Below, in pieces: positions 1 through 11,829 of a stretch of DNA of 64,000 nt; position 1 is the stretch's first letter; every line of letters begins with the position of its first letter. The notes beneath the pieces were generated by a model. It ran no database searches. It had not been told where the DNA came from and saw only the letters and a program-made list of their open reading frames with translations. The translations under genes and the position numbers were made by a program. Source of the DNA: Octopus sinensis (taxonomy: Eukaryota); assembly GCF_006345805.1 (NCBI RefSeq), contig NC_043020.1, forward strand, positions 16,368,001 to 16,432,000, read 5' to 3'.

Positions 1-395
1 AGAAGAGACTTTCTCAACACCAGCACAGGCATGCTGCAACACATCTGATGGAGTCCCAAGACAGAAGGAAGATGGGACTTTCTCAAGATCACTAAAGGCA
101 TGCTGCAGCACATTAGTTGGAGTCTCAAGAGATAAGGGACATGAGACTTTCTCAAGATTAGTAGAGGCATGCTTCAGCATGTCGGATGGAGTTTCAGTAC
201 AGAAGAGATAAGACACTTTCCAAAGATCACCAACCACATGCTGAAGCACGTCAAAGAGACGCAGTCTCAAGAGAGAAGGGAGAGGAGGCTTTCTCAACAC
301 CAGCACAGGCATGCTGCAACACATCTGATGGAGTCCCAAGACAGAAGGAAGATGAGACTTTCTCAAGATCAGCAAAGGCATGTTGCAGCACTTAA
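1..395 (+). repeat. Tandem repeat with ~69-bp (23-codon) unit
   Basis: Unit starts (gagtc/cagtc...caaga) at 51, 120, 189, 262, 331. The segments 10-90 and 290-370 are nearly identical. Confidence 0.85.
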
Positions 396-724
396 TAAAG
401 AATCATTAAAACAATGTTTATCACACCAGATTATACTGAAGTCCGATAAAATAGCTCTCAGAAACAGACCACGTACAAATTCATTCTTCACAACACCTGG
501 AGTCGCTTTCAGATATGATCCATCCCATTCTTATAAAAATGATAATTCTATCCCATTTTGGTGTGCTAAACTCAAATTGTCGTTTATGCAAAGCTTTAAA
601 ATTTATTCCATAAATGTTTTGCCGTCAATGCTGCACTTTCCTGTATCACCTGTTTCAACATAACTGTAATATACACATAAAAACTATGCCGTTTAATCTA
701 CATAATGCTGGGTATCTCTGGTAG
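1..724 (+). mobile_element. Degenerate, internally deleted Helitron (N-terminal repeat region of Rep/helicase ORF joined to a decayed 3' end); runs off the window start
   Basis: 23-aa repeats (ESQDRRKMRLSQDQQRHVAAL-like) are followed by AFRYDPSHSY, a motif recalled from Helitron N-terminal regions. The end 'aatgctgggtatctctggtagt' resembles a CpG-decayed version of the Helitron terminus AACGCCGGG...CTAGT seen intact at 43915-43934. Confidence 0.55.
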
Positions 725-859
725 TATGTTCTACATATGTTACCTAACACTCTGTTGAACCCCCAGACTGAAACTGATTGGTAAGACTGGCTATATATTT
801 ATACACACACACACACACACACACACATTCACACACATATATATATATACATATATATG

Positions 860-1168
860 TGGAGGTGCAATGGCCCAATGGTTAGGGCAGCGGACTCGCG
901 GTCGTAGGATTGCGGTTTCGATTCCCAGACCGGGCGTTGTGACTGTTTATTGAGTGAAAACATCTAAAGCTCCATGAGGCTCCAGCAGGGGGTGGTGGTG
1001 ATCCCTGCTGTACTCTTTCGCCACAACTTTCTCTCACTCTTTCTTCTGTTGGCCTGCTCGCTTAGCCAGCAGGGTGGCGTCACTTGATGGCTAAAACAAT
1101 GTGAAGTGCATTGTGACCAGCGATGTGTAGCAACATCTGATAGCCTGGTTGGTCATGTGTCACATGTC

Positions 1169-1170
<2 letters not shown>
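860..1170 (+). mobile_element. tRNA-derived SINE, family C (Arg-like head)
   Basis: A-box TGGCCCAATGG, anticodon-like TCG, B-box GTTTCGATTCC, then a non-tRNA body; flanked by TA microsatellite. Confidence 0.75.
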
Positions 1171-1199
<29 letters not shown>

Positions 1200-1200
1200 T

Positions 1201-1310
1201 GGCTGGCTTCTTTCAGTTTCTATCTACTAATTCCACACACAAGGCTTTTGTCAGCCTGAGGCTACAACAAAAGACACTTGCCCAATATGTGATGCAATGG
1301 GGCGGAACCA
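1201..1310 (-). mobile_element. SINE family A fragment
   Basis: Degenerate match to the family A core (gcttctttcagtttc...gacacttgccca) repeated across the window. Confidence 0.6.
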
Positions 1311-1424
1311 AAAACTATGCTTCAGGCTCACCAAATACCTAACGAACACTGAGCCAGTGAACATGCTTTACCAGCAAACTACCAGGTATGTACCATATGA
1401 TCACAATCAAAATCAAATTCACTG

Positions 1425-1868
1425 ATGTGGCCAATGACAGCACTGCCTGACTGGCACCCATGCTAGTGGAACGTTAAAAGCACTGTCCAAGCGTGATCAT
1501 TGCTAGGGCCGCTGACTGGCTCCTGTGCTGGTGGCACATAAAAAGCACCATTTGAGCATGATTGTTCCCAGTGTCGCCTTACTGGCACATGAAAAACAAC
1601 ATTCAAGCAAGGTCATTGCCAATGCCATTGGACTGGCTCCTGTGCAGGAGGCACTTAAAAATAACCATTTGAGCGTGACTCACCAGTACCACCTAACTGG
1701 CCCTCGTGTCGGTGGCATGTAAAAGCACCCACTACACATCCAGCTGTAGAAACTTTGTCAGATAAGATTGGAACCTGGTGCAGCCATCTGGTTCACCAGT
1801 CCTCAGTCAAACCATCCAACCCATGCCAACATGGAAAGCAGACGTTAAACGATAATGATGTTGATGAA
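1425..1868 (+). mobile_element. Family E non-autonomous retroelement (RTE-type tail, internal tandem units)
   Basis: Repeated ggcac-taaaaagcacc units and 3' end acccatgccaacatggaaagcagacgttaaacgat(GAT)n. Confidence 0.75.
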
Positions 1869-1892
1869 TATATATATATATACATATATATA

Positions 1893-2040
1893 TACTCTTT
1901 TACTTGTTTCAGTCATTTGACTGCAGCCATGCTGGAGCACCGCCTTTAATCAAGCAACTCGACCCCGGGACTTATTCTTTTGTAAGCCCAGTACTTATTC
2001 TATCGGTCTCTTTTGCCGAACCGCTAAGTAACGGGGACAC
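1893..2040 (-). mobile_element. SINE family A, 3' part
   Basis: Near-identical to the family A tail at 61528-61680. Confidence 0.85.
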
Positions 2041-2063
2041 ACACATATATATATATGTATATC

Positions 2064-2357
2064 GTGGCACTCCATCGGTTACAACGACTTTTCGTATGCA
2101 AACCGGTGGGGCTTGCTCTGAACACTCTAATTTTTTCACAGTGAACGTACCAGCTACCTCGGACACTCGGCGAAGAGCACCCTCGGAGGAACCATGTGAG
2201 CCAAAATGACCGGGAGGTGAACGCACTACAACACGAACGGCGATGCCCGACAACGCCTACCTTGTGGTTCCAGTTGATCCGATCAACAGAACAGCCTGCT
2301 TGGGAAATTAACGTGCAAGTGGCTGAGTGTTCCGTAGACACATTACCCTTAACGTAG
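2064..2357 (-). mobile_element. SINE family F 3' part, interrupted by an rRNA fragment
   Basis: gtggcactccatcggttacaacgac (2064-2088) continues as ggttccagttgatccgatcaac...cttaacgtag (2266-2357). The same family occurs at ~52010-52250 and 52575-52772. Confidence 0.7.
2089..2265 (-). pseudogene. 18S rRNA: 18S rRNA fragment (V4 / helix E23 region)
   Basis: The reverse complement of 2111-2181 reads GGTGCTCTTCGCCGAGTGTCCGAGGTAGCTGGTACGTTCACTGTGAAAAAATTAGAGTGTTCAGAGCAAGC. This matches the conserved eukaryotic SSU motif GGTGCTCTT..TGAGTGTC...ACGTTTACTTTGAAAAAATTAGAGTGTTCAAAGCAGGC. Confidence 0.8.
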
Positions 2358-2539
2358 CAGTGGCTGTTTAACCTCAAGCAGACTGCTGTCTTATCAAAGG
2401 CATTCCGGCTGTGGCCAACCTGTCTTATCTCAATATGCAGGAAAAGTATGACACGTGTACCAGTGTCTCATTTCTTGAAACATTGGGGTGTGAGATGAAG
2501 GACATTTGGCTGTTATTTTTAGCAGGTGGAGCAATAATG

Positions 2540-2839
2540 AGTGTGTGTGATGTAATATGATATGCCGTGTGGAGAAATGAAACTGTGTTTGGAAAAGAGA
2601 TAAAATGTGTGTGTGTGTGTGTGTGGTGTGTGTGTGTGTTTGATGTAATATGTTGAAGAAAGAAAGGAGAAAGAGTAATGAAATGCAGTGACTGTGAGTG
2701 GTAAAGAGAGAAAATGTGATAGAGTATGGTGGAGAGAAGGGGGTGAAGGCAGAGGGAGACAGACAGACAGACTGACAGTTGACAAACAGACCGATGGACA
2801 GACAGACAGACAGACAGGACAGATAATCATGAAGGAAGT

Positions 2840-2875
<36 letters not shown>
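2540..2875. repeat. Microsatellite cluster (GT)n, (GACA)n, (GA)n
   Basis: Directly visible. Confidence 0.9.
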
Positions 2876-2879
<4 letters not shown>

Positions 2880-2959
2880 AACAAAGAATTATATTATTAA
2901 GAAAAAGTGTAGGAGTATGGAGGTTGTAATGATAGAAAATTCTGAAAGAACAGAATAGT

Positions 2960-3372
2960 AGGGATAGAGGGACACGGGGGGGGGGAGAATACGGTGGGGG
3001 GGAGGGAGGAGAGGAAGGAGAAGAGGGGGGGAGGGAGAGGAGAGGAGAGGAGGGAAGAAGAGTGAGAGGAGAGGAAAGAGGAAGGAAGAAGAGAGAGGCA
3101 AGAGAGGAGAGGAGAGACTAGGAAGGGGAGAGGAGGGGAACGGATAGAGAGGAAGGAGAAGAGGGGGGAGGAGGGAGAGGAGAGGAGGGAAGAAGAGTGA
3201 GAAGAGAGGAGAGGAAAGAGGAAGGAAGAAGAGAAAGAAGAGAGAAGCAAGAGACGAGAGGAGAGGAGAGAGTGGGAAGGAGAGAGGAGGGGAACGGATA
3301 GAGAGGAAGGGGGATGGAAGAGGAATGGAGAAGAAAGAGAAGGGGAGAAAGGAGAGGACATAAAGGGGGGAG
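2960..3372 (+). repeat. ~400-bp polypurine (GA/GGA-rich) low-complexity tract with internal duplications
   Basis: Almost pyrimidine-free; 'ggggaacggatagagaggaagg' recurs at ~3136 and ~3289. Confidence 0.85.
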
Positions 3373-4150
3373 ATATATCAGTAGCAAAATATAGATCTCA
3401 CCTTATCCAATAACAATCTTGATATCAAGGGATAAAAATCTACAATATAAAATCTTTAAATCTGGATTTATGCTTATCCTTTAAATTCCTAAACCAGTTT
3501 TTGACAGTGCAGCTATTTGCCTCAAGCTTGTCTGATCAAGGACATATTTGATAAATTCAGTTGTTTATGAAGCCAAAGTCAATGCAGTACTCCAAGACAA
3601 AGTAACTGAGAGGCAAAATTAGCCGTTTTGGTAAAAGACCTAAGTGCCAGGCATAAAAGAAAACACAAGAAAAGCAACTACTGCAGTCGATTTGTTCAAC
3701 GGGAAACCCTTCAAGGTGGTGCTCCAGTATGGCCAAGGTTCAATGACCGAAACAACTAGAAGAAGAAAAATTCCCATGAGCCTTTGTAATCCATGAATGA
3801 TGTTCCATTATTACCATTGGTTCATTGTAATGATATGTGCAAGATGGTCTGGAAATGGTAATGGTTTTTTTGGAATACTATTGTATTAAACTATTCATAA
3901 AGGAGTAATAAAGAAATAAGAGATATTGCATAAAATGATTAAACTCTGATATAATTGTGTTTTTAATATAACACACACACAGATATCTATGCTGTTCTTC
4001 CTTTCTCTCTCACTCTCTATATGTGTGTGTTTGTGTGTGTGTATGTATACACACACATACTGAAAGAGAGAGATAGTGAGAAAGAAAGAAAGAAAACAAA
4101 AGAGAGAAATATACATATGTGTGCGTATGTGATATGTATGTGTATTCAAA

Positions 4151-4191
<41 letters not shown>

Positions 4192-4238
4192 GTATATGTA
4201 TATGTGTATATGTATATGTGTATATGTATATGTATATG

Positions 4239-4282
<44 letters not shown>

Positions 4283-4286
<4 letters not shown>

Positions 4287-4416
4287 TCATCATCATCGAT
4301 TAACGTCTGTTTTCCATGCTGGCATGGGTTGGATGGTTTGACTGAGGTCTGGAACGCCAGCGGCTGCACAGGCTCCAATCTGGTCTGGCAGAATTTCTAC
4401 AACTGGATACCCTTCA
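4283..4416 (-). mobile_element. Family E 3' fragment
   Basis: (CAT)n followed by taacgtctgttttccatgctggcatgggttgg. Confidence 0.8.
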
Positions 4417-4434
4417 TAATACACATACACACAC

Positions 4435-4468
<34 letters not shown>

Positions 4469-4671
4469 AAATAAATAAATAAATAATTATATATATAAAT
4501 AAATATATATAAATAAATAATTATATATATACACACGCACACACAAATAAATAAGTATATTCTGTTATGTCTGGGGAGAGTCATTCTCTTTTGGTGCCTT
4601 ATTATTTAACACACTCACCAGTAAAATTTCCACTTTGGATTTGATTCTAACTAGACATATACATATACATA

Positions 4672-5484
4672 CAGGGTGCGATGGATAAATTGTCACCATT
4701 GTATACTTTTGATTTTGCACATTGTTTGTAATTAAGTTTGTTGACTACATAGTATAGTAGGGTCAGTTGGGTATCATCTATGAGAAAAACAACACTATGA
4801 AGTTATTCACTCTGCCAGAAATTTTGAAACATGTTGTACTACATGGCATTCATGCCAGAAGCTAGATATCACTCAAAATACCATGATGTTGACTCATCAT
4901 CATCATTGTTGTTTAGCGTCCACTTTCCATGCTGGCATGGGTTGGACGGTTCAACTGGGGTCTGGGAAGCCAGAAGGCTGCACCAGGCCCAGTCTGATCT
5001 GGCAATGTTTCTACAGCTGGATGCCCTTCCTAACGCCAACCACTCCATGAGTGTAGTGGGTGCTTTTTACATGCCACCAGCACAGGTGCCAGACGAGGCT
5101 GGCAAACGGCCACGATCAGATGGTGCTTTTTACGTGCCACTGGCACAGAGGCAGTCGGGGCGGCGCTGGCAATGGCCATATTCGGATGGTTCTCTTATGT
5201 ATGTTTGACTGGATATTTGATTTTTATCACTCCGGTACATGTCCTCAGATTGACGCCTAAACTCTCTGAAACGTTCATATTGGATCTTCTGGCATAAAAG
5301 CCAAGCAGTACAGCATGCTGTTTCCAAATTTCTGGCAGAGTGAATTCTGTCATGGTTCTGTTTTTCTCACAGACTGTGCCCAGCTGACCCTACTATACTG
5401 TGTTGTTGACAAAATCAAAAATAAACAATGCACATGCACAAAATTAAAAATATACAATGGTGACAATTTACCCATCGCACCTTG
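4672..5484. mobile_element. Tc1/mariner (maT-derived) foldback MITE with ~190-bp inverted arms and TA TSD
   Basis: TA|CAGGGTGCGATGGATAAATTGTCACCATTGTATA at the left and the reverse complement ending CTTG|TA at the right. The right arm matches 35200-35492. Confidence 0.85.
4893..5205 (-). mobile_element. Family E element nested in the MITE
   Basis: (CAT)n tail followed by the family E consensus. Confidence 0.85.
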
Positions 5485-5489
5485 TATAT

Positions 5490-5595
5490 ATCAGACTGGA
5501 GTCTGGTGCATCCTTCCAGCTTTGCCATTCCTGGTCAACCCATCTAACCCATGCCAGCATGGACAACGGATGTTAAATGATGATGATGATGATGA
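5490..5595 (+). mobile_element. Family E 3' fragment
   Basis: acccatgccagcatggacaacggatgttaaa(TGA)n. Confidence 0.75.
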
Positions 5596-5700
5596 GGCTA
5601 TAGTAGATGACACTCATCCAAGATATCATGCAGTGGGACTGAACCCAGAACCATGTGGTTGGGAAGCTAACTTCTTATCACACAGTCATACCTGTGCCTA
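5596..5700 (-). mobile_element. SINE family A 5' fragment
   Basis: Reverse complement of the family A tRNA-like head. Confidence 0.7.
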
Positions 5701-5888
5701 TCATCATCATCATTATCATTTCTATCTGGTTTTGGTACCAAAATGGTTTTGATGCTTTAAAGGATTAATGGATTTAGGAATGCAATTGTTCTAGATTAAA
5801 TGAAAACATCGAATAAAGAAACGGCAAAAAAATCCTTCATAAAAATTATCAAACTCAGACTTAGATGCATCTTTTATATAAGCCAAAT

Positions 5889-6268
5889 GCATGGCTGTGT
5901 GGTAAGAAGCTGACTTCCCAATCACATGGTTCACGGTTCAGTTCCACTACATGGCACCTTGAGTGAGTGTCCTTTACTATAGCCTCAGGCCAACCAAAGA
6001 CTTGTGAGTGGATTTGGTACACAGAAACTGAAAAAAGCCCATTGTGTGTGTGTATGTGTGTGTGTGTGTCATTGTGTCTGTTTGTCCCTCAACATCACTT
6101 GACAATCAATGCTGGTGTGTTTACGTCCCCATAATTTAGTGGTTCGGCATAAGAGACCGATAGAATAAGTACTAGGCTTACAAAGAATAAGTCCTGGGGT
6201 TGATTTGCTCTACTAAAGGTGGTGCTCCAGCATGGCTATACTCAAATGACTGAAACAAGTAAAAGAGT
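5889..6268 (+). mobile_element. SINE family A, full length
   Basis: tRNA-like head (TGGCTGTGTGG, GGTTCAGTTCC), CORE-like cacctt..gtgtc segment, central (TG)n, tail ggtggtgctccagcatgg...tgactgaaacaagtaaaagag. Confidence 0.9.
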
Positions 6269-7066
6269 GACAGGGTATGTATTTATATATCTGTTGAGCT
6301 CTAGATATATGCATGTATATATGTGTGTAATGTTTGCATGTATGCATTTATATATATACATATATATTGTAAAGTTTCACATAGTTTATGTTTACTAAAA
6401 TTCACTGAAAAAGCACTGGTGGTTTCCTTCTATATTACTTCAGTTTATCTAAGTGCTACGAAGTGGCACTTGATAACCTAACAGCTAATAAGTATATCAT
6501 TTGCCTTACAGTGCTAAGTCCCAAAACCTCGTGAGAGACAGAAGGAGAGAGCAGGAGAGAGAGCAAGAGAGAGAAAGCGGTGGAGAGAAAGTGTGTGTGT
6601 GGCTCCAAAATACTGACCAACTTGAAGTCAAAAACAACGTGCAATGTTACAGTGATTCAGTCAGTTTTAAGAAATACAAGACAAATGAAGGACTACCCCC
6701 AAGCCTCCTCTCCACAACCTTTCCATCACAGCTCATACAAGAATGAATGTGAAGAGATCACTGTCCTTTGACAGAACCGGAAAGTTAAAATAGCCACAGA
6801 CTGCATGGTACCAGGAACTAAACTAAAATAAATGTTCGCTGTTTGAAACATTTTCTCACTTTATTTGAAAACCAACTTCAGAATTCAGGAATATGAAAAG
6901 AAAATGGGTCGAACGAATTCAAGATTTGAGGATAGTATATATGCTATTACTTTATGATGGAATTCATCTATGATTCCATTCTCTCTTGCTTCCTTTTAGC
7001 CCTTGACATTTTCTCCATTTAACTAGAGAAACCATTCAGAAGAATTACTACCTTATATTTATTTAA

Positions 7067-7286
7067 CCCTTTTGTTACTGTATTTATTTTGAGATGCTCT
7101 GTGTTTCTTTCAATTACTTTAAATATAACAAAGAATTTAGTAAAATAACTTATTTATCATTAAGCTAGTGATAAGTACATAAATTGTGACTAAGGTTTGG
7201 TGGAAGATTTTAATTTGAAATTTATGAAAACAAGATATTTGTACCCAGAGCCAGAGCCGGTTTCAGCCGGGTTAGTAATGAAAGGG
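7067..7286. mobile_element. piggyBac-type MITE (TTAA TSD)
   Basis: TTAA|CCCTTTTGTTAC...GTAATGAAAGGG|TTAA; related to 28349-28580. Confidence 0.8.
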
Positions 7287-7859
7287 TTAAGTAACAACTA
7301 TACTATTACATTAAATTTATTATGGTACATATCATATTACATTCATTCATTTGTTTTACATCTGTTTTTCCCAGCTAGCATTGGTTAGAGGAATATATTA
7401 TTGAGGCAGTGATACCCAACCTCTTTTTTTTTGCATCACAGACCAGCTTCTTGCAAGTCAATTTTTCCACAGACTGGACAGCCTTCCTGTCACCAACCCT
7501 CACTTGTTTCCAATACACTCACACACACACACACACACACATGCATTGAGATTCTTTCAGTTTCAGTCCACCAAATCCACTCATAAGGCTTTTATGAGCC
7601 TGGATCTATGATAGAATACTTACCGAAGGCACCGTGCAGTGGGATTGAACCTAGAACGACATTTTTGGGAAATGAGATTCTTAACCACACAGCCATGGTG
7701 GTAGTGGTGGTGGTGGTGGTGGTGGTTATTGTTGTTGTTCAATGCCATGCTAGCTTTCTTGTAACCTGTAGGCAAAAGCATTCCAACCATAGCCATCCAA
7801 TCTATTTACTAGATGTATTTACACCCGGGATCACATGATTCAATTATCATTTATAATGC

Positions 7860-9120
7860 AGCTGATGCTGATGTTGTTAATAATGCAGTCACCACTGCTG
7901 CTGTTGTGACATTATATTCTTCATACTGTAGCTGTTGTCACAAATGCTGCTGTTGTGCAGCTTATATTGCAATGGTTGTAACTGTTGCTGCCATTGTGCA
8001 ATTGTTCTGACTGCTGCTGCTTGTGTTCCTAATAATGCATTGTTTGATACTGCTGTTGTGTTGTTATATTCATCCTGTTACAGTTGCTGTCACAAATGCA
8101 CCTGCTGCAGATGTTGTGACTGCTGCTGCTTGTGTTGCTGATGCTGCAGTTGTCATTGTTGCTGTTTGGCTGTTATATTCTTCATGCTGTAGCTGTTGTG
8201 ACTGTTGCCGCTTGTGTTACAAATAATGCAGTTGCTGTCACAGCTGGTGTTGTGCTGTTATATTCTTCGAACTGCATTTGTTGTCACAAATTCTTCAATA
8301 CTGCTACTGATACTCCAGTAGTTGTGACCACTGCTGTTGTTGTGCAGTTTATAGTGCAGATGTTGTGACAGCTGCTGCTTGTGTTACTAATAAGGCAATC
8401 ATCACCACTGCTCTTGTGCCGTTATGTTCTTTGTACTGCAGTTGTTGTCACAAATGCTGCTGCTATTGTTGTTGTTGTTGTTAAGCAACAAGGCAGGTAA
8501 GAGTGATTAGGTGATGGTCCAGGACTCAGGGGCGGGAGACCCCAGACCTTGGAAAAAAGAAACTTTGATTGTCTTGTTGTAGTAACACAAGCTGTTGTCA
8601 CAAATGCTGTTGTTGTGCAGCTTATATTGCAATGGTTGTTGATGCCCGACACCACTGGGAGGTGGCCCTCGAAGTCGCTGGAAATGGAGATCTCCAGGTC
8701 CAAATTCTTGAACGGCTGCTGCTGCTGTTATTGTCATACTGTTTAGAGTGCAGCTGTTGTGATTGCTGCTGCTTATATTGTTAATAATGCAGTTGCTGCC
8801 ACAGCTGGTGTTGTTCTGTTATATTTTTCAAACTGCATTTGCTGTCACAAATTCTTCAATTCTGCAACTGATACTCCAGTAGTTGTGACCACTGCTGTTG
8901 TTGTGCAGTTTATAGTGCATATGTTGTGACAGCTGCTGCTTGTGTTACTAATAAGGCAATCATCACCACTGCTCTTGTGCCGTTATGTTCTTTGTACTGC
9001 AATTGTTGTCACAAATGCTGCTGCTGCTGTCATACTGTTTGGAGTGCAGCTGTTGTGACTGCTGCTGCTTGTATTGTTAATAATGCAGTTGGCGTCACTG
9101 CTGCTGTTACTGCAGTATAG
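7860..9120. repeat. Degenerate CTG/TTG-rich satellite-like array with a ~243-bp internal duplication
   Basis: Recurrent tgttgtcacaaatgctgct and ctgctgctgcttgtgtt motifs; 8222-8464 is repeated at 8783-9025. Confidence 0.85.
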
Positions 9121-9499
9121 ATCATACTGCAATCATTATCACCGTTCTTATCCTTGTTACTTTTGCTGCATCAATTATTGCAGTTTTTCACAGACTGGTG
9201 CACGTTTTAACATCACTCTATCTCACTCACTGACGTTATTCCACACCTGTTGAAACTGCCATTGATCAGCCGTCACTGATGCTGCTCTTGCAACTGTTGC
9301 TGCTGCTGATGTTGATGATGATAAGAGGAGGAGGAGGAGTAGGTGGATTACGATGATGAGGAGGGGGAGGAGGATTATGACGATGATGATGATGATGATG
9401 ACGATGACGACGATGATGCTATTGTTACTGCTGCTTCTTACGCCGTTGCTGCATTCCACCTTATCCTATTTTTTTACTTGTTCTCATCCGTTGCTGATG

Positions 9500-9591
9500 T
9501 ATGATTGTGTGTGTGTGTGTGTGTGTGTGTGAGTGTGTGTTTGTGTGTATATGTGTGTGCATGTGTGCACTCATGCACGTGTGTGAGAGTT

Positions 9592-9636
<45 letters not shown>

Positions 9637-9710
9637 AGTAAATATATATATGTATGTATATAGATGTATATATATATATGTGTGTGTGTGTGTGTATATA
9701 TATGTATATG

Positions 9711-9772
<62 letters not shown>

Positions 9773-9789
9773 CATATATATATATATAT

Positions 9790-9822
<33 letters not shown>

Positions 9823-9932
9823 GTGTGTGTGTGAGTATGTGCATATGTGTGTGCTTGAATTGTATGTGCGGGTGGCATTATATTTCAGATCACATTGTAC
9901 TCAAGTGAATATGGCATATAAATATATGCATG

Positions 9933-10001
<69 letters not shown>

Positions 10002-10013
10002 TATATAATATAT

Positions 10014-10087
<74 letters not shown>

Positions 10088-10130
10088 TGAATGTGAGTGT
10101 CTGTGCGTGTGTGTATAGGTATATATATAA

Positions 10131-10199
<69 letters not shown>

Positions 10200-10208
10200 A
10201 TATATATG

Positions 10209-10240
<32 letters not shown>

Positions 10241-10330
10241 ATATATATATATATACATATATATATTCATGTATGTTATATTTATATCTATATTAATGTG
10301 TATATGTGTATGTATCTATATTGTCATATA
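9500..10330. repeat. Compound (GT)n/(CT)n/(AT)n microsatellite
   Basis: Directly visible. Confidence 0.95.
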
Positions 10331-10622
10331 CATGCTCATATACATAAACACATACACAAATGTGCATAGACAGACCACAGTTTCTTCACTGCCCCAACAT
10401 AATTATTATTACCGATACGGGTATGCCGTATCATTGCAGCACCATTTGAAGCACTCTCTCTCTCTCTCTCTTTCTCTTTTTCTATCTCTATATCTTTCTC
10501 CCTCTATGTCTCTAATTATATCTCTCTCCCACTGTCGTTTCTCCCTCACTTCTGTTTAACTCTGTCTTATTTCTTTATCCTTCACTTTCCTCTCCCTTCT
10601 TTCTCTCTTTTCACATTTGTCC

Positions 10623-10653
<31 letters not shown>

Positions 10654-10672
10654 CCTATAATAATAATAATAA

Positions 10673-10707
<35 letters not shown>

Positions 10708-10809
10708 GCATGGCCACAGCTCATGAGCTGAAACTGGAAAATAAAAAATTAAAAAAAAATAATAATAATGATAATAATAATAATATAATAATATATATAT
10801 ATATTATAT

Positions 10810-10842
<33 letters not shown>

Positions 10843-10844
10843 CG

Positions 10845-11030
10845 GGCATGGCTGTGTGGTTAGGGAGCTTGCTTCCTAGCTTCATGATTTTGTGTTCAGT
10901 CCCACTGCATGGCACTTTGGGTAGGTGTCTTCCACTATAGCCCCGAGCCGACAGAGCTTTGTGGTTGAATTCGGTAGGTGGAAGTTACTGCCGTGTGTGT
11001 ATATGTGCGTGTAGGTGCTTGTGCCTCTCC
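10845..11030 (+). mobile_element. SINE family A 5' half
   Basis: ggcatggctgtgtggttagggag...gttcagtcccactgcatggcactttgg. Confidence 0.8.
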
Positions 11031-11041
11031 GAAAGAGAGAG

Positions 11042-11089
<48 letters not shown>

Positions 11090-11384
11090 AAGATACATAT
11101 ATATTCACATGAGTAAGGACATAAATGCAAAACAAGAGAGAAAAATTAGTACTCAATTACTGAAGGTAGAGTAATATGCTTTTATTAGAGCTGCAAAAAT
11201 CTTCACAAACTCTTACCTCAGACTTTCACATTCCCATTCTTTGGACAGTTGTGATCATACTAAATTATATAGACACACACACACACACACACACACACAT
11301 AAACAGATCATTTGTGTGGCTGTTCAGTAAGAAATTGTTGAACCTTCATACGTCGTCTAACGACGGGTGAATCTTCATCATCAT

Positions 11385-11572
11385 CATCATCATTTAACGT
11401 CCGCTTTCCATGCTAGCATGGGTTGGACGATTTTGACTGAGGGTTGGCGAACCAGATGGCTGCACCAGGCTCCAATCTTGATCTGGCAGAGTTTCTACAG
11501 CTGGGTACCCTTCCTAATGCCAACCACTATGAGAGTGTAGTCGGTGCTTTTTACGTGCCACCGGCACGGGGT
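11385..11572 (-). mobile_element. Family E 3' part
   Basis: (CAT)n-tttaacgtccgctttccatgctagcatggg consensus. Confidence 0.85.
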
Positions 11573-11829
11573 CCACATATATATGGATGGCTGGTTGGAT
11601 GGCTGGCTGGCTGGCTGGATGGATGGATGGATGGATGGATGGATGGATGGATGGATAGCTGGATGGATGGCTGGATGGATGGATGGATAGATGGATGGAG
11701 TGTTGGTCTCTTCTATTTTTTAATTATTAGAAATCTTCCACTGAGGAATGAGCCAGTTTCCAACGAAGATACAAGGCTCCATCTTTGGGATGTATGTACG
11801 TATGTATATATGTACATATATATATACAT

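Noticed and set aside
860-935. tRNA genes at SINE heads (also 5889, 25378, 39657, 55119)
   Set aside because: A/B boxes are present, but there is no complete cloverleaf or T-run terminator and each continues into a repeated SINE body.
6512-6810. ORFs after the acceptor at 6511 (e.g. MKDYPQASS..., MNVKRSLSFDRTG)
   Set aside because: Short, no recognisable homology, no convincing donor.
7860-9120. Mucin-like (Thr/Ala-rich) or Cys-rich coding exon
   Set aside because: Frequent stops and frame changes on both strands.
9590-10369. IY/YI-rich ORFs (also at 4010-4478, 40846-41388, 41586-42113, 22284-22833)
   Set aside because: Stop-free readings of (AT)n, (GT)n and (ATCT)n tracts.
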